Positions 52,268 to 64,000 of a stretch of 64,000 nt of DNA are shown one piece after another. The translations under genes and the position numbers were made by a program. Within the stretch, counting starts at the first letter, position 1. Each line of letters begins with the position of its first letter. Source of the DNA: Trichoplax sp. H2 (lineage: Eukaryota); the NCBI GenBank assembly GCA_003344405.1, contig NOWV01000001.1, positions 1,550,001-1,614,000 of the forward strand, given 5' to 3'. The notes beneath the pieces were generated by a model. That model was not told where the DNA came from and did not search any database. It was given only the letters and a program-made list of their open reading frames with translations.

Positions 52268-53761
52268 CTGTAGTTCGGTTATTGTGAATCGATGTTATCG
52301 CGAAGCTAATATTCGATGATTGCCAACGACAGTACTATCGTAGAAATTGTGGATGACTAATATTAGCCAATGGACTAATTATGGTACAAAATTGATGTGG
52401 CTAGAAACACTGTAGTGGTTAAGATGCCCTTGGGAGAAAGGGACTAGACTTGAATAGGAGAGTAGTGACATCTTAAGTAGAATGATTTACATTGTAAAAG
52501 ATAATGATCTACTATTTGAGAAAGGTATTTTGTTTGATGATTCATGTTCACGCTGCTTGGACTGTACATTAATCAGGTGGTCAGAAATGGATTGAACGAA
52601 ATGGATATATAATATAGAACATATACATGTACATTATTGTACAGTACAGTCAGTAAGAACTGCAGAGATGAGCTTACAGCACAGTACAGTAAGAACTGAA
52701 GAGATGATTTCATGAGAGAAAAGAGACTTCACTTCGCTTTGAGCTTGGAATGCTGCCAATAGTAGACTAGATTCTTGTAGCAATTAATAATTGCCTTACT
52801 ATTCCTAAAATCTTGTAATAAAAGCCTTTTAGAGAATACTATTTGACTAAGATTGTTATTTTGAGACACTTTTATTCTACTCAGGTATTTGCTGTTCACA
52901 ACATAATCCACCACTAGTATGCTTACTATCGATAGAATACAGTACATTGCAATATATTTTACTTCATATTGNNNNNNNNNNNNNNNNNNNNCTGTAGTTC
53001 GGTTATTGTGAATCGATGTTATCGCGAAGCTAATATTCGATGATTGCCAACGACAGTACTATCGTAGAAATTGTGGATGACTAATATTAGCCAATGGACT
53101 AATTATGGTACAAAATTGATGTGGCTAGAAACACTGTAGTGGTTAAGATGCCCTTGGGAGAAAGGGACTAGGCTTGAATAGGAGAGTAGTGACATCTTAA
53201 GTAGAATGATTTAGATTGTAAAAGATAATGATCTACTATATGAGAAGGTATTTTGTTTGATGACTCATGTCTGCTTGGACTGTACTGTAGATTAGTAATA
53301 TATAACATATACTGTACATTATTGTACAGTACAGTCAGTAAGAACTGCAGAGATGAGCTCACGAGGGAGGAAAGACTTCACTTCGCTTTGACCTTGGAAT
53401 AGATTAATCAAGTGGTCATAAATAGCACAGTACAGTAAGAACTGAAGAGATGATTTCATGAGAGAAAAGAGACTTCACTTCGCTTTGAGCTTGGAATGCT
53501 GCCAATAGTAGACTTGATTCTTGTAGCAATTCATAATTGCCTTACTATTTCCTAGACTAGATTCTTGTAGCAATTCATAATTGCCTTACTATTCCTAAAA
53601 TCTTGTAATAAAAGCCTTTTAGAGAATACTATTTGACTAAGATAGTTATTTTGAGATACTTTTATTCCACTCAGGTATTTGCTGTTCACAACATAATCCA
53701 CCACTAGTATGCTTACTATCGATAGAATACAGTACATTGCAATATATTTTACTTCATATTG
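52268..53761. repeat. ~0.7-kb direct duplication on either side of the assembly gap (52268-52971 vs 52992-53761), probably uncollapsed haplotypes
   Basis: Both copies start CTGTAGTTCGGTTATTGTG and end TTTTACTTCATATTG. Copy 1 ends exactly at the Ns and copy 2 starts exactly after them. Confidence 0.85.
52972..52991. other. Assembly gap (20 N)
   Basis: Run of N. Confidence 1.
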
Positions 53762-56700
53762 GACCAATACTGTATTTTATTTTAGCAAATCGTCGCTTGC
53801 CTGGTGTACACGGTGGTTGGAAAGGCATTGAATATTAGAAATCGACTTTATCAGTATGCAAATGATGAAGCATGGTCAAGTAGCCCTTCTTAAGTCTTCG
53901 ATTTTGTGTCTCTTACTTATGAAATAACTTAGATTGTCATATCTCTCTCTTATTATGGTCTCTAAAATAATGCAGATCTTTCAGAGCTTGGCTAATTAAT
54001 ACAGTGCCGTAATAAATGTATGAAAAATTCATTTCTAATGTATAATTAGTATATCAAATATCAAATGACTTTCCTCACACCCTGTACTCTATACTATCAA
54101 CTGTTCTACGTTATGACATGGTTATGCAATCGACTCGTAAAAGAATTGCGCAAGTGCAAGTACCTGAATGATGTCGCACCAAGGACTGTGTATACGTTAT
54201 AATACACAGTAGTCAAATAATATGAAATAAAACAAATCAGTAAGATAGGCCTTCATGAATAAATATGCTGGAAGTAAATTATAATTAACGGAATGAAATC
54301 ATTAAACTATACTTTGTAACTTAGTCCTTGAGGATAAGATTGAAAGAACATTTTCTGAAGAGAAATATGCATATCCATTGCTATCCTATATTATAAATGT
54401 CTACGCATTTATATTATATATATATAACATAACATATACAAATATGTACTGTATACGAGTCGCATACAGAGACATGTTACGGTATGTGCAAAAATATAGT
54501 AGATACGTCGGTAGTACTTGGTCTGAGTTGGAGGCTCCGACAACGGCTGGTATTACCTTATAGATATTCTGAGCGTATGATGGAATGATTAGTATTAGCT
54601 CTATTCAATAACATTTTATCCATAATGCTATTGCTTTACAAGGATTAATAATAGAATTATAAGTTAGCGCTCCTTATACAGACTTAGGCTCATATGCTGA
54701 ATAACGCGGCAATGCAAATTTAGTTGTTGCGTTCAAAATTTATTGTATTATTACGCGTAATCCTTAAACGCTTATAGTAGAAGGAAAAGCAAGCTGATAT
54801 CTCAATTTTCCACTGTTGAAATCTTGGACTGCAACCACTTTATAATGGGTATTACGATCAATACATTAGCCATGAAAATATGAATATGCAGTAATTACTA
54901 ATGCTGGTATATCAACTTCAGTAATATATAGAATAGCGGAATTTAAGAGTTTAACTCAATTTCCAGCACATACGTAATTAAGGCTAGAGAAATTTATAAT
55001 TATACAATAGAACGACTTATTTGGGTATGAATATGATAAATGACAATGATTACAGGAAAGATATGAGTAATATACAGCATACTATTCCATTAATCTAAAA
55101 TAGGCGAACGGAAATTTTACTAGTTTTTGGCTTAATATAATACGCGAAAGCTCAGATACGAGATCGTAACTTAAAACTCAAATTATGCTCATATATCTCC
55201 TCGTATTTACGATGTAGCGAACAAATTTTACTGTAAGTTTCTAAGATATCAACTCCTTGCATGCTCCGTTGAAATGCAGCAGGCATTTGCTTGAAGCTAA
55301 TTTTAAATCAAGTAATTAGCCACATCTCTACTGTCTCTCATATCGCTATCATCGAGTAATTAATTTTGTTAATTTCCATAGATTTTCATGCATTAAAAAT
55401 TTAACCATCTGGATACCATATCGCATGTTCTTCAAAATTATAATTATCACTACAACCTATAAGGGTATGTTCAAATCTAGTAACGCTTATTATGATATAA
55501 TGATACTAAAAATAGATAATTCTTAACGGAGTAGTACAGTTTAAGATATAGATCTATATAACTATTGTCATATTTTGTAGTCTATAAATGCAGGTATGTG
55601 ATGATAGGGTTTTTAACCCTTAATTTTATACAAACAAAGTGAATAGTAGAGGTACGCGATTTAATCATGCCAGCTTACCCGATACTTATTTTATTGTCAA
55701 CAACCGATTATTCTACGTTACATAATGCTTTTACTTCATACTAACCTTATATTCTTCAATAACTCAACTACTGTGATCAGCTGAAATCTCTATAAAGAAT
55801 ACAGTCAAGAAAAATATTATTTCCATACTTTACTAACTACGTATACAGCAATCATTCAGCAATGCATTGTATAGATACTATTGCTATTGTAAACGATTAG
55901 TAAAAATGATTCTTAACTCTGATAAACACTTATCCTAATTTAACCGATTTGTGTTGATCCAATTGGACATGAAGTAATAATTGTATATACGCAATACTAG
56001 AGTGTCAGATTTCAATTAGAATTTAACTACAGTAAGTTGATAAGGTACTTTCAAGAGTTAATCTTCATTTTGATATCCTTTATTACCGTACTTCAGCGGA
56101 TTCTTAATCACCCATTGACAAGAAGAGCAATAAAAGTAATTTTTATAGCCAAACAAAAGTTAAAAGTTGCTAGATTCCTAATAAATGATCATTATCTACT
56201 TATCTCATCTTAAATAATGACACTAGAATTGAGTCATGCTGTTAATATAGGCCACTGGGAGTGATTGCATTAAATGAACTCGCTTGAAGTATCACTAATT
56301 TGAAAGCGCTGTATTCTTTAGATAAAAAGTGATCCACTAAAATTCATAATATTACGAATAAAATTGTTAGAAATGGTCTTGAGTCGTTTGACAATCTAGA
56401 GCAGAGCATTTTATTTTAGAGTAAATATGCAATATTTTGGATGAAGATGTTAGAGATCAAAATTTTGGTATCTTTATTACTATTATCAGTAATATGTACT
56501 AGAAAAGCATAATCATATATAATAAATGAATATGCTTTCTAAGTTAAACTTATCATAAATCTATGCCAAGAATATAAGCGAAAGAAGTTTCTCATCTTCG
56601 ATTAATTATAATACAACAATTAGATTTTAGATTTTGAATATATCTCTAGTTTGAACAATTACTACGCTATTCTACTGAGTATAGTGTCATTCTTAGAATT

Positions 56701-58080
56701 CTATCGCAGTAGCCCTTCATTAAGTAATGCAGTACTAAATCCTAATGTTACTGCTCATCTCTTTCTTACCGCTGTTTTACAATAATCTGGCTCATATTTT
56801 TTTACAACAGAATATATTCACTTGACGTAGTTAGTCTGCCGTAATATGAAATAGGTCAGAGCTCGGTCATATTAGAAAATTAGTGCTCTACCAAAGCTGA
56901 ATAACTCTTAAACTGAAAGCACAATACTTTACTGATAGATATCAATATGAAATGGAGGACATGTCCGAATATTGAATTTGTGAGATGCCTCAATTACCAT
57001 CTTTAGTTCGGTACTGGCATTTGTTCAATTTGCAGTCAAGTTGTAGAAATGTTAAGTATATATATGCATACAAAACTGTATTTATGGTCATATACAATTT
57101 ACTCGCTACTAAAATACCGAACACGTGATGGTTGCCTTCTTGTGATTATGGTTTAAATTACTGTAAGAATGATAATATTCATCTCATGGAATGAATCAAG
57201 ATTGATAAATTAACGACTTACGAAAATACTGAAACAGCTACATTTATCGCTAATCTCAATAGATATGGTATAAAATTCTTATCAATATTGATAAATAAGT
57301 AAATATTCACTAAACTGAACTAGAAACTAGTATATTACAGTACTACTATATTGATAGCTATAATAGATTTTAAGTGACCTGCACTGTTTACTTACTATAT
57401 CACAAATAATCACACCTTGTAATATAGTTTGCTATATTCCTTGCAGACTTAACTATAATAATCAAAAGGAGGTAATCGCTAATAAAATCGCCCTAAAGCT
57501 TTATTGGATCTCTTGTCGTTGTGAGATTAAAAGCGATTTTATTTGATGTTGTATTGTACTCTCTCTAACAACATTGATGAAGAGTTAAAGATTAGATTTT
57601 ATAGTAATGAAAAATGGTGAATATTAAATCAGACAGCCTTAGATTTATTTTTTCCTCTTCAAATTTTTACTAAATAGCTTGTAATTAGATCAGTATACGG
57701 GGAAATTTATGACAGCATGATGTTTTATTATGCATTAAAATTAAGAAATAAAGGTACCGTTGGCTTCGGGCTTCCTACGTTCGTTCTTTGTATTCCATTG
57801 CCTTTCATTTAAATAACAATACTGAACCAGTTTTGTATTTGTATTTGCCAGACAACAAATAAATAATTATAATATTGCAACAATGTATGATGGCATTATA
57901 TATTTTTGCCGTTAGAAGTATAGCGTAAGATATGTAGAAAATAATCAACGTTAGCGATTATCAAACTAATCAAAAGCAGCAATTATTTAACTAGTATACC
58001 CGTATGAAAAAAACTCAGCAGAAGATACCTCGAATGTTATAATTTCCAATTCTGTTAACAGTCTATATTAACAGGTTGCA

Positions 58081-60570
58081 ATGGCAGTTAAATTTAAAAA
58101 TTTATATCACTATGGCTATATTTCCAATCACCATTACGTTATGACGTTATTAGTGGTTTTGCTTTTACTAAATGGTGTAGCGAGTGTTATTATTGGAGGT
58201 TTTAGCATCGCATCTGAACAATATTATACCCTAGGTGCCAGAATTTCCGCTCCTATTTGGTGTGGAATAGCCGTAAGTAATCCATGATCGTGTAATATTT
58301 CTTCTATCGCATTCTTTTAAGATGAAAGATAACTGAGTAAACAGTTTTTCTTGATCAATAATCGACATATACCCGCAGATTTTATCGCATTGATTCCTGT
58401 AAGGAACTGCTTTTCACTTACCGTACAAATTTTCTATAGCTACCATTAAATACACCGGTAAATAGTATAAGTCCTTAAAGTCTTATTTAGTTAATAACTG
58501 TGGTATAGTACAACAGCGAAATGCTATTTCATTAATATCGGATAAGTTATGTCCTACGTGCTAGTGAGTCTTTAATATTTTCAAGCGATAGTACACGGAT
58601 AACTTTAGATTACTAGTATGCGAATATAAATCCTTTCTACCACGCATTATTTCTATACCTTTGCCTACAGCGAGTATAAGATATGTTCTCTTATTGATAA
58701 ATTTCTCAAATATACGCATATGTCAACACGATTGATGCCGCCTAAGCTAACCAGAACTCAGTTCTTACCATTTCATGTCCAATGGTACCGTAGCGCTTTT
58801 TTTACTTGCATACCGGATCGTTGCCTATTTGTGATCTACGAGATAATTGCTGTTGGGAATCTCTTATACTATATAGGGCTTCGTCACATCTACGTATCCA
58901 CCGTCGTTTTCAGTTATATAGGTCATAATCGTTATTTGTGAATACATTTTTCTACGTACTTTATCTACCCGTATGCAATACGCATTACACTAATTGGGTT
59001 CCTTAATTATGTGAAATTAACTGTACAATAGCATTCCTTACCTTACAGTATATGATCGTAAATAATCAAATTTCACGAAGCAATGCTAATCATTTAACTT
59101 TTCCATGATAAGTTACGTACTGTATACTTCAGACCGTAGAGAAAGACTGGTCATCCACCGACCCAAATATTCTCTTATAAATCGGGCGATCTAGCAATGT
59201 AACATTAATGAAAGTATTTTGCCAACTTGATAAAGATTGTACTAACAGGCAGTCCTTTGTTCCAATTAAACATACACCGTTAAATTTATATAAAGCTAAT
59301 TAATATTGAAACGTTACAAGATTATATTATATATTACCTTCACGGATTTGTAATCTGGTGATGAAACTGATTTGTTATATCTTCGCTAGATAGCTGGATA
59401 TAATATCAGTACTTTTGTCAATTTTTTCTATTAGGTTACTCTTTCTGGAATCTCTGGACTGTTGAATATGTTTTATCGCGATAGTATTGCACACGTAAGT
59501 TAGCATCATGCTTACTTCACAATAGCTCAGGATAAAGTGATTAATTTACTAGTTTATTGTTACAAAGGCTTCCAAAGCTAATAATAAGTCTAATCTCTTG
59601 CGAATACGTGCCATTTATATTTTACAAAGAAATGTATCTAGCATAAGTTAATAATTTTTTAACTACCAATAAAGCCAATCGTAGAACCAGAGCACTTAGT
59701 CTTGTAGTTTACTTATGCCAGTTCTACGCTAATTTTTTATTATTACTGGCGGTTTGACGTAGTGAAAACAGTACAGAGTACTGGTCTCCTATGAATATTG
59801 TCCTTTGCTATGTAGAATTTTATTCAAATTTGATAAAGAGAATTTTAGTTTTACATCTAATGTTAATTCTGAACTCTTAAAATCTGTAGTTACTCATTAT
59901 TTATGTACTGTATGAATTTAGACCAAATGGTTTTATGGACTCTCTATCTTTGCTGCGGTTACTAATGCTTTCGGTTTGGTAACTCTATTTTTGGGTATTG
60001 GTTTCCATAGCCCATTCAATATTGCAGCGGATGTTTTGATAGGAGTTGGATTTTTATTGTCTGTTACAACTGCTTTAATGATCGGCTGTGGGGTTTATTG
60101 CTACCGTGATGACTTGGTAAGTTAGATTTAAGGCTGCTTGGATCATTGAAAGACATAGTGATGTTAATATAATAGTCAACGACCAGTTAAGGCATGAATT
60201 TCATATTTTTGGAGTGATTTACCAATAATGTTAATTGTAAAATTTGATTAAAGCACTGATATCGTACTAAAATATGCTTTTCATTAATAGTCTTTAATTC
60301 AAAAAGGGACCTGGGCTAGCATAAATCATAGCTTAGCTTATAGAAAGATGAGTCAAGATATATACGATGATGCCAATTACAGGATCGGTAAATTAAAATA
60401 TAATAAATTAATTGATGCACTTCATAAAAGTTGAGACGCATTTACATATACTGAAATACGATATAATTTCTAAAATATTATGCAAAAGAAGCTTAAATAA
60501 TCTCTGTATCTTAATTTATATACCAGAGGTTCGAAAGTCAGGCAAGATCATCGAAAAGTCCGAGTTTTAA
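58081..60570 (+). CDS. CD20/MS4A-like four-transmembrane protein C
   Basis: Exons 58081-58272 (...ISAPIWCGIA|), 59435-59494 (VTLSGISGLLNMFYRDSIAH|), 59922-60116 (TKWFYGLSIFAAVTNAFGLVTLFLG...VYCYRDDL|), 60291-60387, and a probable 60527-60570 (EVRKSGKIIEKSEF*). Without the last splice it stops at 60434. P-x-W-x-G-x5-SG is the CD20/MS4A TM2 pattern. Confidence 0.8.
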
Positions 60571-63500
60571 ACGATCAAGCTCATTGTTGAACTATAGCCC
60601 ACGCGATAGCTTGGCTAATTGAAGGGGTCGATAGTATTAATACTGAAATCAAGTATAAAAATTTTACTTTCGATATTAAAGAATTGAGATTTAAATGATC
60701 AAACAGGTGGAATCTTCATGTGCTAAGAAAAGCATCGCAAAAGTGCCCATCATGATCTTTAAACTCATTCAGGACTTGGTGATTGGAATTGTACAAACTC
60801 ATTTAACCGGTTTATTATAATAACTATTCTTTTAAGTTATGGCATAAACATAGCTTAAAGTAGAAATACGGCATCTCTACCAATGAACTAACAAAATGTT
60901 GACGTCGTGGAATATCCATGCAATATTTTATTAATCGTTAGCATTGTCGATGATTTTAACTCTAACTGAATTCAAACTTTAATATAGACGAACGGAATAA
61001 CTTTGCTTATTAAAAAGGATCCTAACTATTGTTCTGCTTTGTGATACTTATCACTGCTATTTTATTCACGGTATTTTTATTAATATGCACCACATTTCTA
61101 TCACAAAAGACAATTTTTAACTTTAGTTTATTCTTTTATTGAACAGATCGTAATTAACGATAACTATTGTCTTGCAACTTAGTAATGGAAAATTTTTTGT
61201 AATTAATTTAAATTAAATTGAACAGTACGCTCCTATATCTATGGTGATTATTATTGGAAGAAAGCTAAATAAAACGTTGCGATGCTGAACTGGAGTTGTA
61301 TTTTAGACATTACGTACAGTAGCATATTATGTAATTAATAAAATTCTATAATGCGGCACTGCCTAGAGAGAATGATACAATTGAGCTTGGAAATGTATTC
61401 AGTACTTAATAGGTATAAATTAGATTTTGAATATAGTTACCATCCGACATCTGAGTACGATTAAACTTTAAACATTAAATTAGGGTATAAGCCAGGTTTT
61501 GTTTACATCGCTTAGAAGAGATAGGTACATAAAAGTACAGTATAGTTAACTATAGTTTGTAGAAGCTACTTCAGATACAAGCTTACAAGCGTAAGTATTG
61601 TACTACACACAAAAATCTCTTGTATATTATTCAGGCGAATATCCAACTTGTATGTGCAGTACTGATATGTACTCAGGAACTAATCATTGTTTTTGTAGAC
61701 TTGGACATCAAATTTACGATAGATGACATATGTAGATAAACATTTTACCAGTTGAATGTAAATATTATTCATCTGATCTATTCTATTTTTTCAATTTTCA
61801 GACGGAAATTAATATAATATTCTGTATTTAAGTTATTTGAGTTATTCTAAGCTTGTATATTAGGACTGTATTGTGTAGGAAAGCTTGATAGAAGATAAGC
61901 AAATACAATGTAAAATTTCATTAGTGGTCTGGTACAGATGTCATGAGACCAAAATTAGAAGCAGAGTTTTTGAAATAATCTATTATAGTCGCAAAGGGAC
62001 TAGATAATACTATAAATTCTTAGTTACGTATGTATATGTATGTGCTAAATATGTTGCAATTACGTTAAAATAGAGCATATCGTAGCCTTATTTTATCAGC
62101 CAGCATCTCTAAGCAAATGAAATTTAATTTAATTAAGCACCATTTCCACTGTTTAAAAGTTGATACTATCTGTTTGTTAACGTTATAATAAATCATTCAC
62201 ATATAATTATCTAATAATTGGATCAAATGTAAGTAATTCTCACCCGTATTAATGAATGGTACGTGATTTTTGGTCGATAATGATGAATTTCAAGCTGTAG
62301 AAGATTTGCTTTACTGTTTCTTCATAGGTTAATAATTATAAATGTCTATTTTCCGTGATAGAAAATTTAAATCTTTTATCTTTCGAAATTGCTATAATAT
62401 GGAGATGTGATGAAATAGTTTTAAATTTATACTACTAGCTGAATTAATCAAAACGCGGCAACATTAATCAATTAGATTTTTGTTAGAAAATACGTAACAT
62501 AAAGTATTGACAGTTCAGACTGTTTTATTAACAAACTAAGCATATTTGTCATAATTCCTATCTTAAAATTATCTACTTTCTTCTCTAGAACTAGAACGAA
62601 AATAAAAATGATCATAAAATATATTTATCTCCTTTAACGTATTTGTAATAAGCTAAATTGACCTTGAATTCTAGCGATCACAGAGCTTGTGAGCAATAGT
62701 GCTATTTTAGAGCTGCAACGGCCAGAAATAATGCACTTTATCTCAAAAATGATATTGCAACATGGGGCCTTAGCATCTGATCATTAAAACTGAAGTAAAG
62801 TCTCTATAACATATTGTCAAAGACATAAACGCTCAATCGTACTTTGCTATTAGTGCTACTGAAAGCTAATTATTTCTAACGTACCGTATAAGAGGCGCGA
62901 TGAATTCAAATTTAGGTGCTGAGTCTCTATATGTACAGGGGGTGTTTAAATTAATTACCCGGTAGAATTATGTTACAAGTGGAGGGTAGTAGACCCAGTA
63001 TGGATTGCTAATTGCATTGACTAGGAAGGCAGCCTTACAGCTTTGATTTAATTATATTCTATCGATTGGCTGCATAATTACAAATGATTAATCTACCATA
63101 TTGCAAGACATATGTTTATAACTAAATTTATATACATAGCACGAATGTTATGAATCCAGTGTGAGAAAGTTAAAAGATATAATAGTACTCAAGAACTTCT
63201 ATTTTAATGTGTACCAGAAAATTTGAAATAAAGCGTTATTTTACGGATGAGTCTTCTATAAAAGGTAAATTGGAAATTTTAATATTAGTAAGTTAATAGG
63301 ATATATTGTAAGCAAAGGTATAGATTTCTTTGATTAAAGTGAAGACTGGTTTTGCTATCGTGTCCTAGAGTTATTCCACATACTCGGTAAAAGTTAAAAC
63401 GCATCAGATTAATAGAATCGCTAAGTCACATTATTATTTAAATTAGCTCTAGTTAGCATAAAACATGGCCATAACATTGATATTTTAATCACCTAATACT

Positions 63501-64000
63501 AGATTATCTAATAAATGTACTAGATTTAGTAATTTTATACTATAAGAAGAAATATTATCTATGTTGTTACTCTTCTGGCAATAATATCAAAACTGTAATT
63601 AAATTCTATTTGCAGAAGGCCCACGCTATTATCTTATTCGTTCTCTAATTTCTATAAAGCAATAACTATAGGGAGAGATAACACGTACAGTTAGTCTAAT
63701 ATTATACTAGCGTACCTATAATACGTTCAAAAATATCGAACACATTGGATAGCAAAAGTAGTGTTTATACGTAGACTTAAAATTCATTTTTATATAGATT
63801 TTTGGGCAATCATAATTTTCTTGAGATTTTTCTGAACCTATAAACTCATAATATGCTAACATAGTTTCTTTAGAGATCGAGAAAATCTATCCGAATAGTA
63901 ACAACGATAAAAATTTCTAAATCGGGTTGGCTAGAAATCGTTTTATACCTATTCACATTGATATACAGACTATACTGTAAGCAAAGAACAAATATGATAC

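Noticed and set aside
52729-53767. Two near-identical ~72-aa ORFs as duplicated genes
   Set aside because: They fall in the gap-flanking duplicate, have no recognisable protein features and differ in stop position.
60330-60434. ITAM in the tail of four-TM protein C, by analogy with MS4A2
   Set aside because: The tyrosines (YRKM, YDDA, YRIG, YNKL) do not fit YxxL/I-x6-8-YxxL/I, and the last may be intronic.
60600-64000. Further genes or RNA genes at the window end and in 53800-58000
   Set aside because: AT-rich, with no ORFs, exon chains, tRNA or rRNA signatures that I can support.

Overview
AT-rich, intron-containing animal DNA with short GT-AG introns and one 20-N assembly gap. Compact gene structure and gene content suggest an early-branching metazoan, plausibly a placozoan such as Trichoplax (inference only). 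I assembled these gene models by hand from splice sites and homology: the 3' part of a RIM active-zone scaffold (C2A+C2B, apparent 1-nt frameshift); two tandem CaSR-like class C GPCRs; DCAF13/Sof1 (14 exons); a 90-aa orphan coiled-coil ORF; N6AMT1/HemK2 (7 exons, GC-AG first intron); an IRS-type insulin receptor substrate; and three divergent CD20/MS4A-like four-TM genes. Non-coding features are a 46-bp minisatellite, a candidate solo LTR, a decayed Ty3/Gypsy RT relic, two tandem duplications, a gap-flanking duplication and TACAGTA/TACTGTA clusters upstream of genes. The most interesting observation is that the two GPCRs are degenerate in complementary ways. One lacks the amino-acid-binding residues but keeps the 7TM signalling motifs, and the other shows the reverse, suggesting a GABA-B/T1R-like heterodimer (hypothesis).
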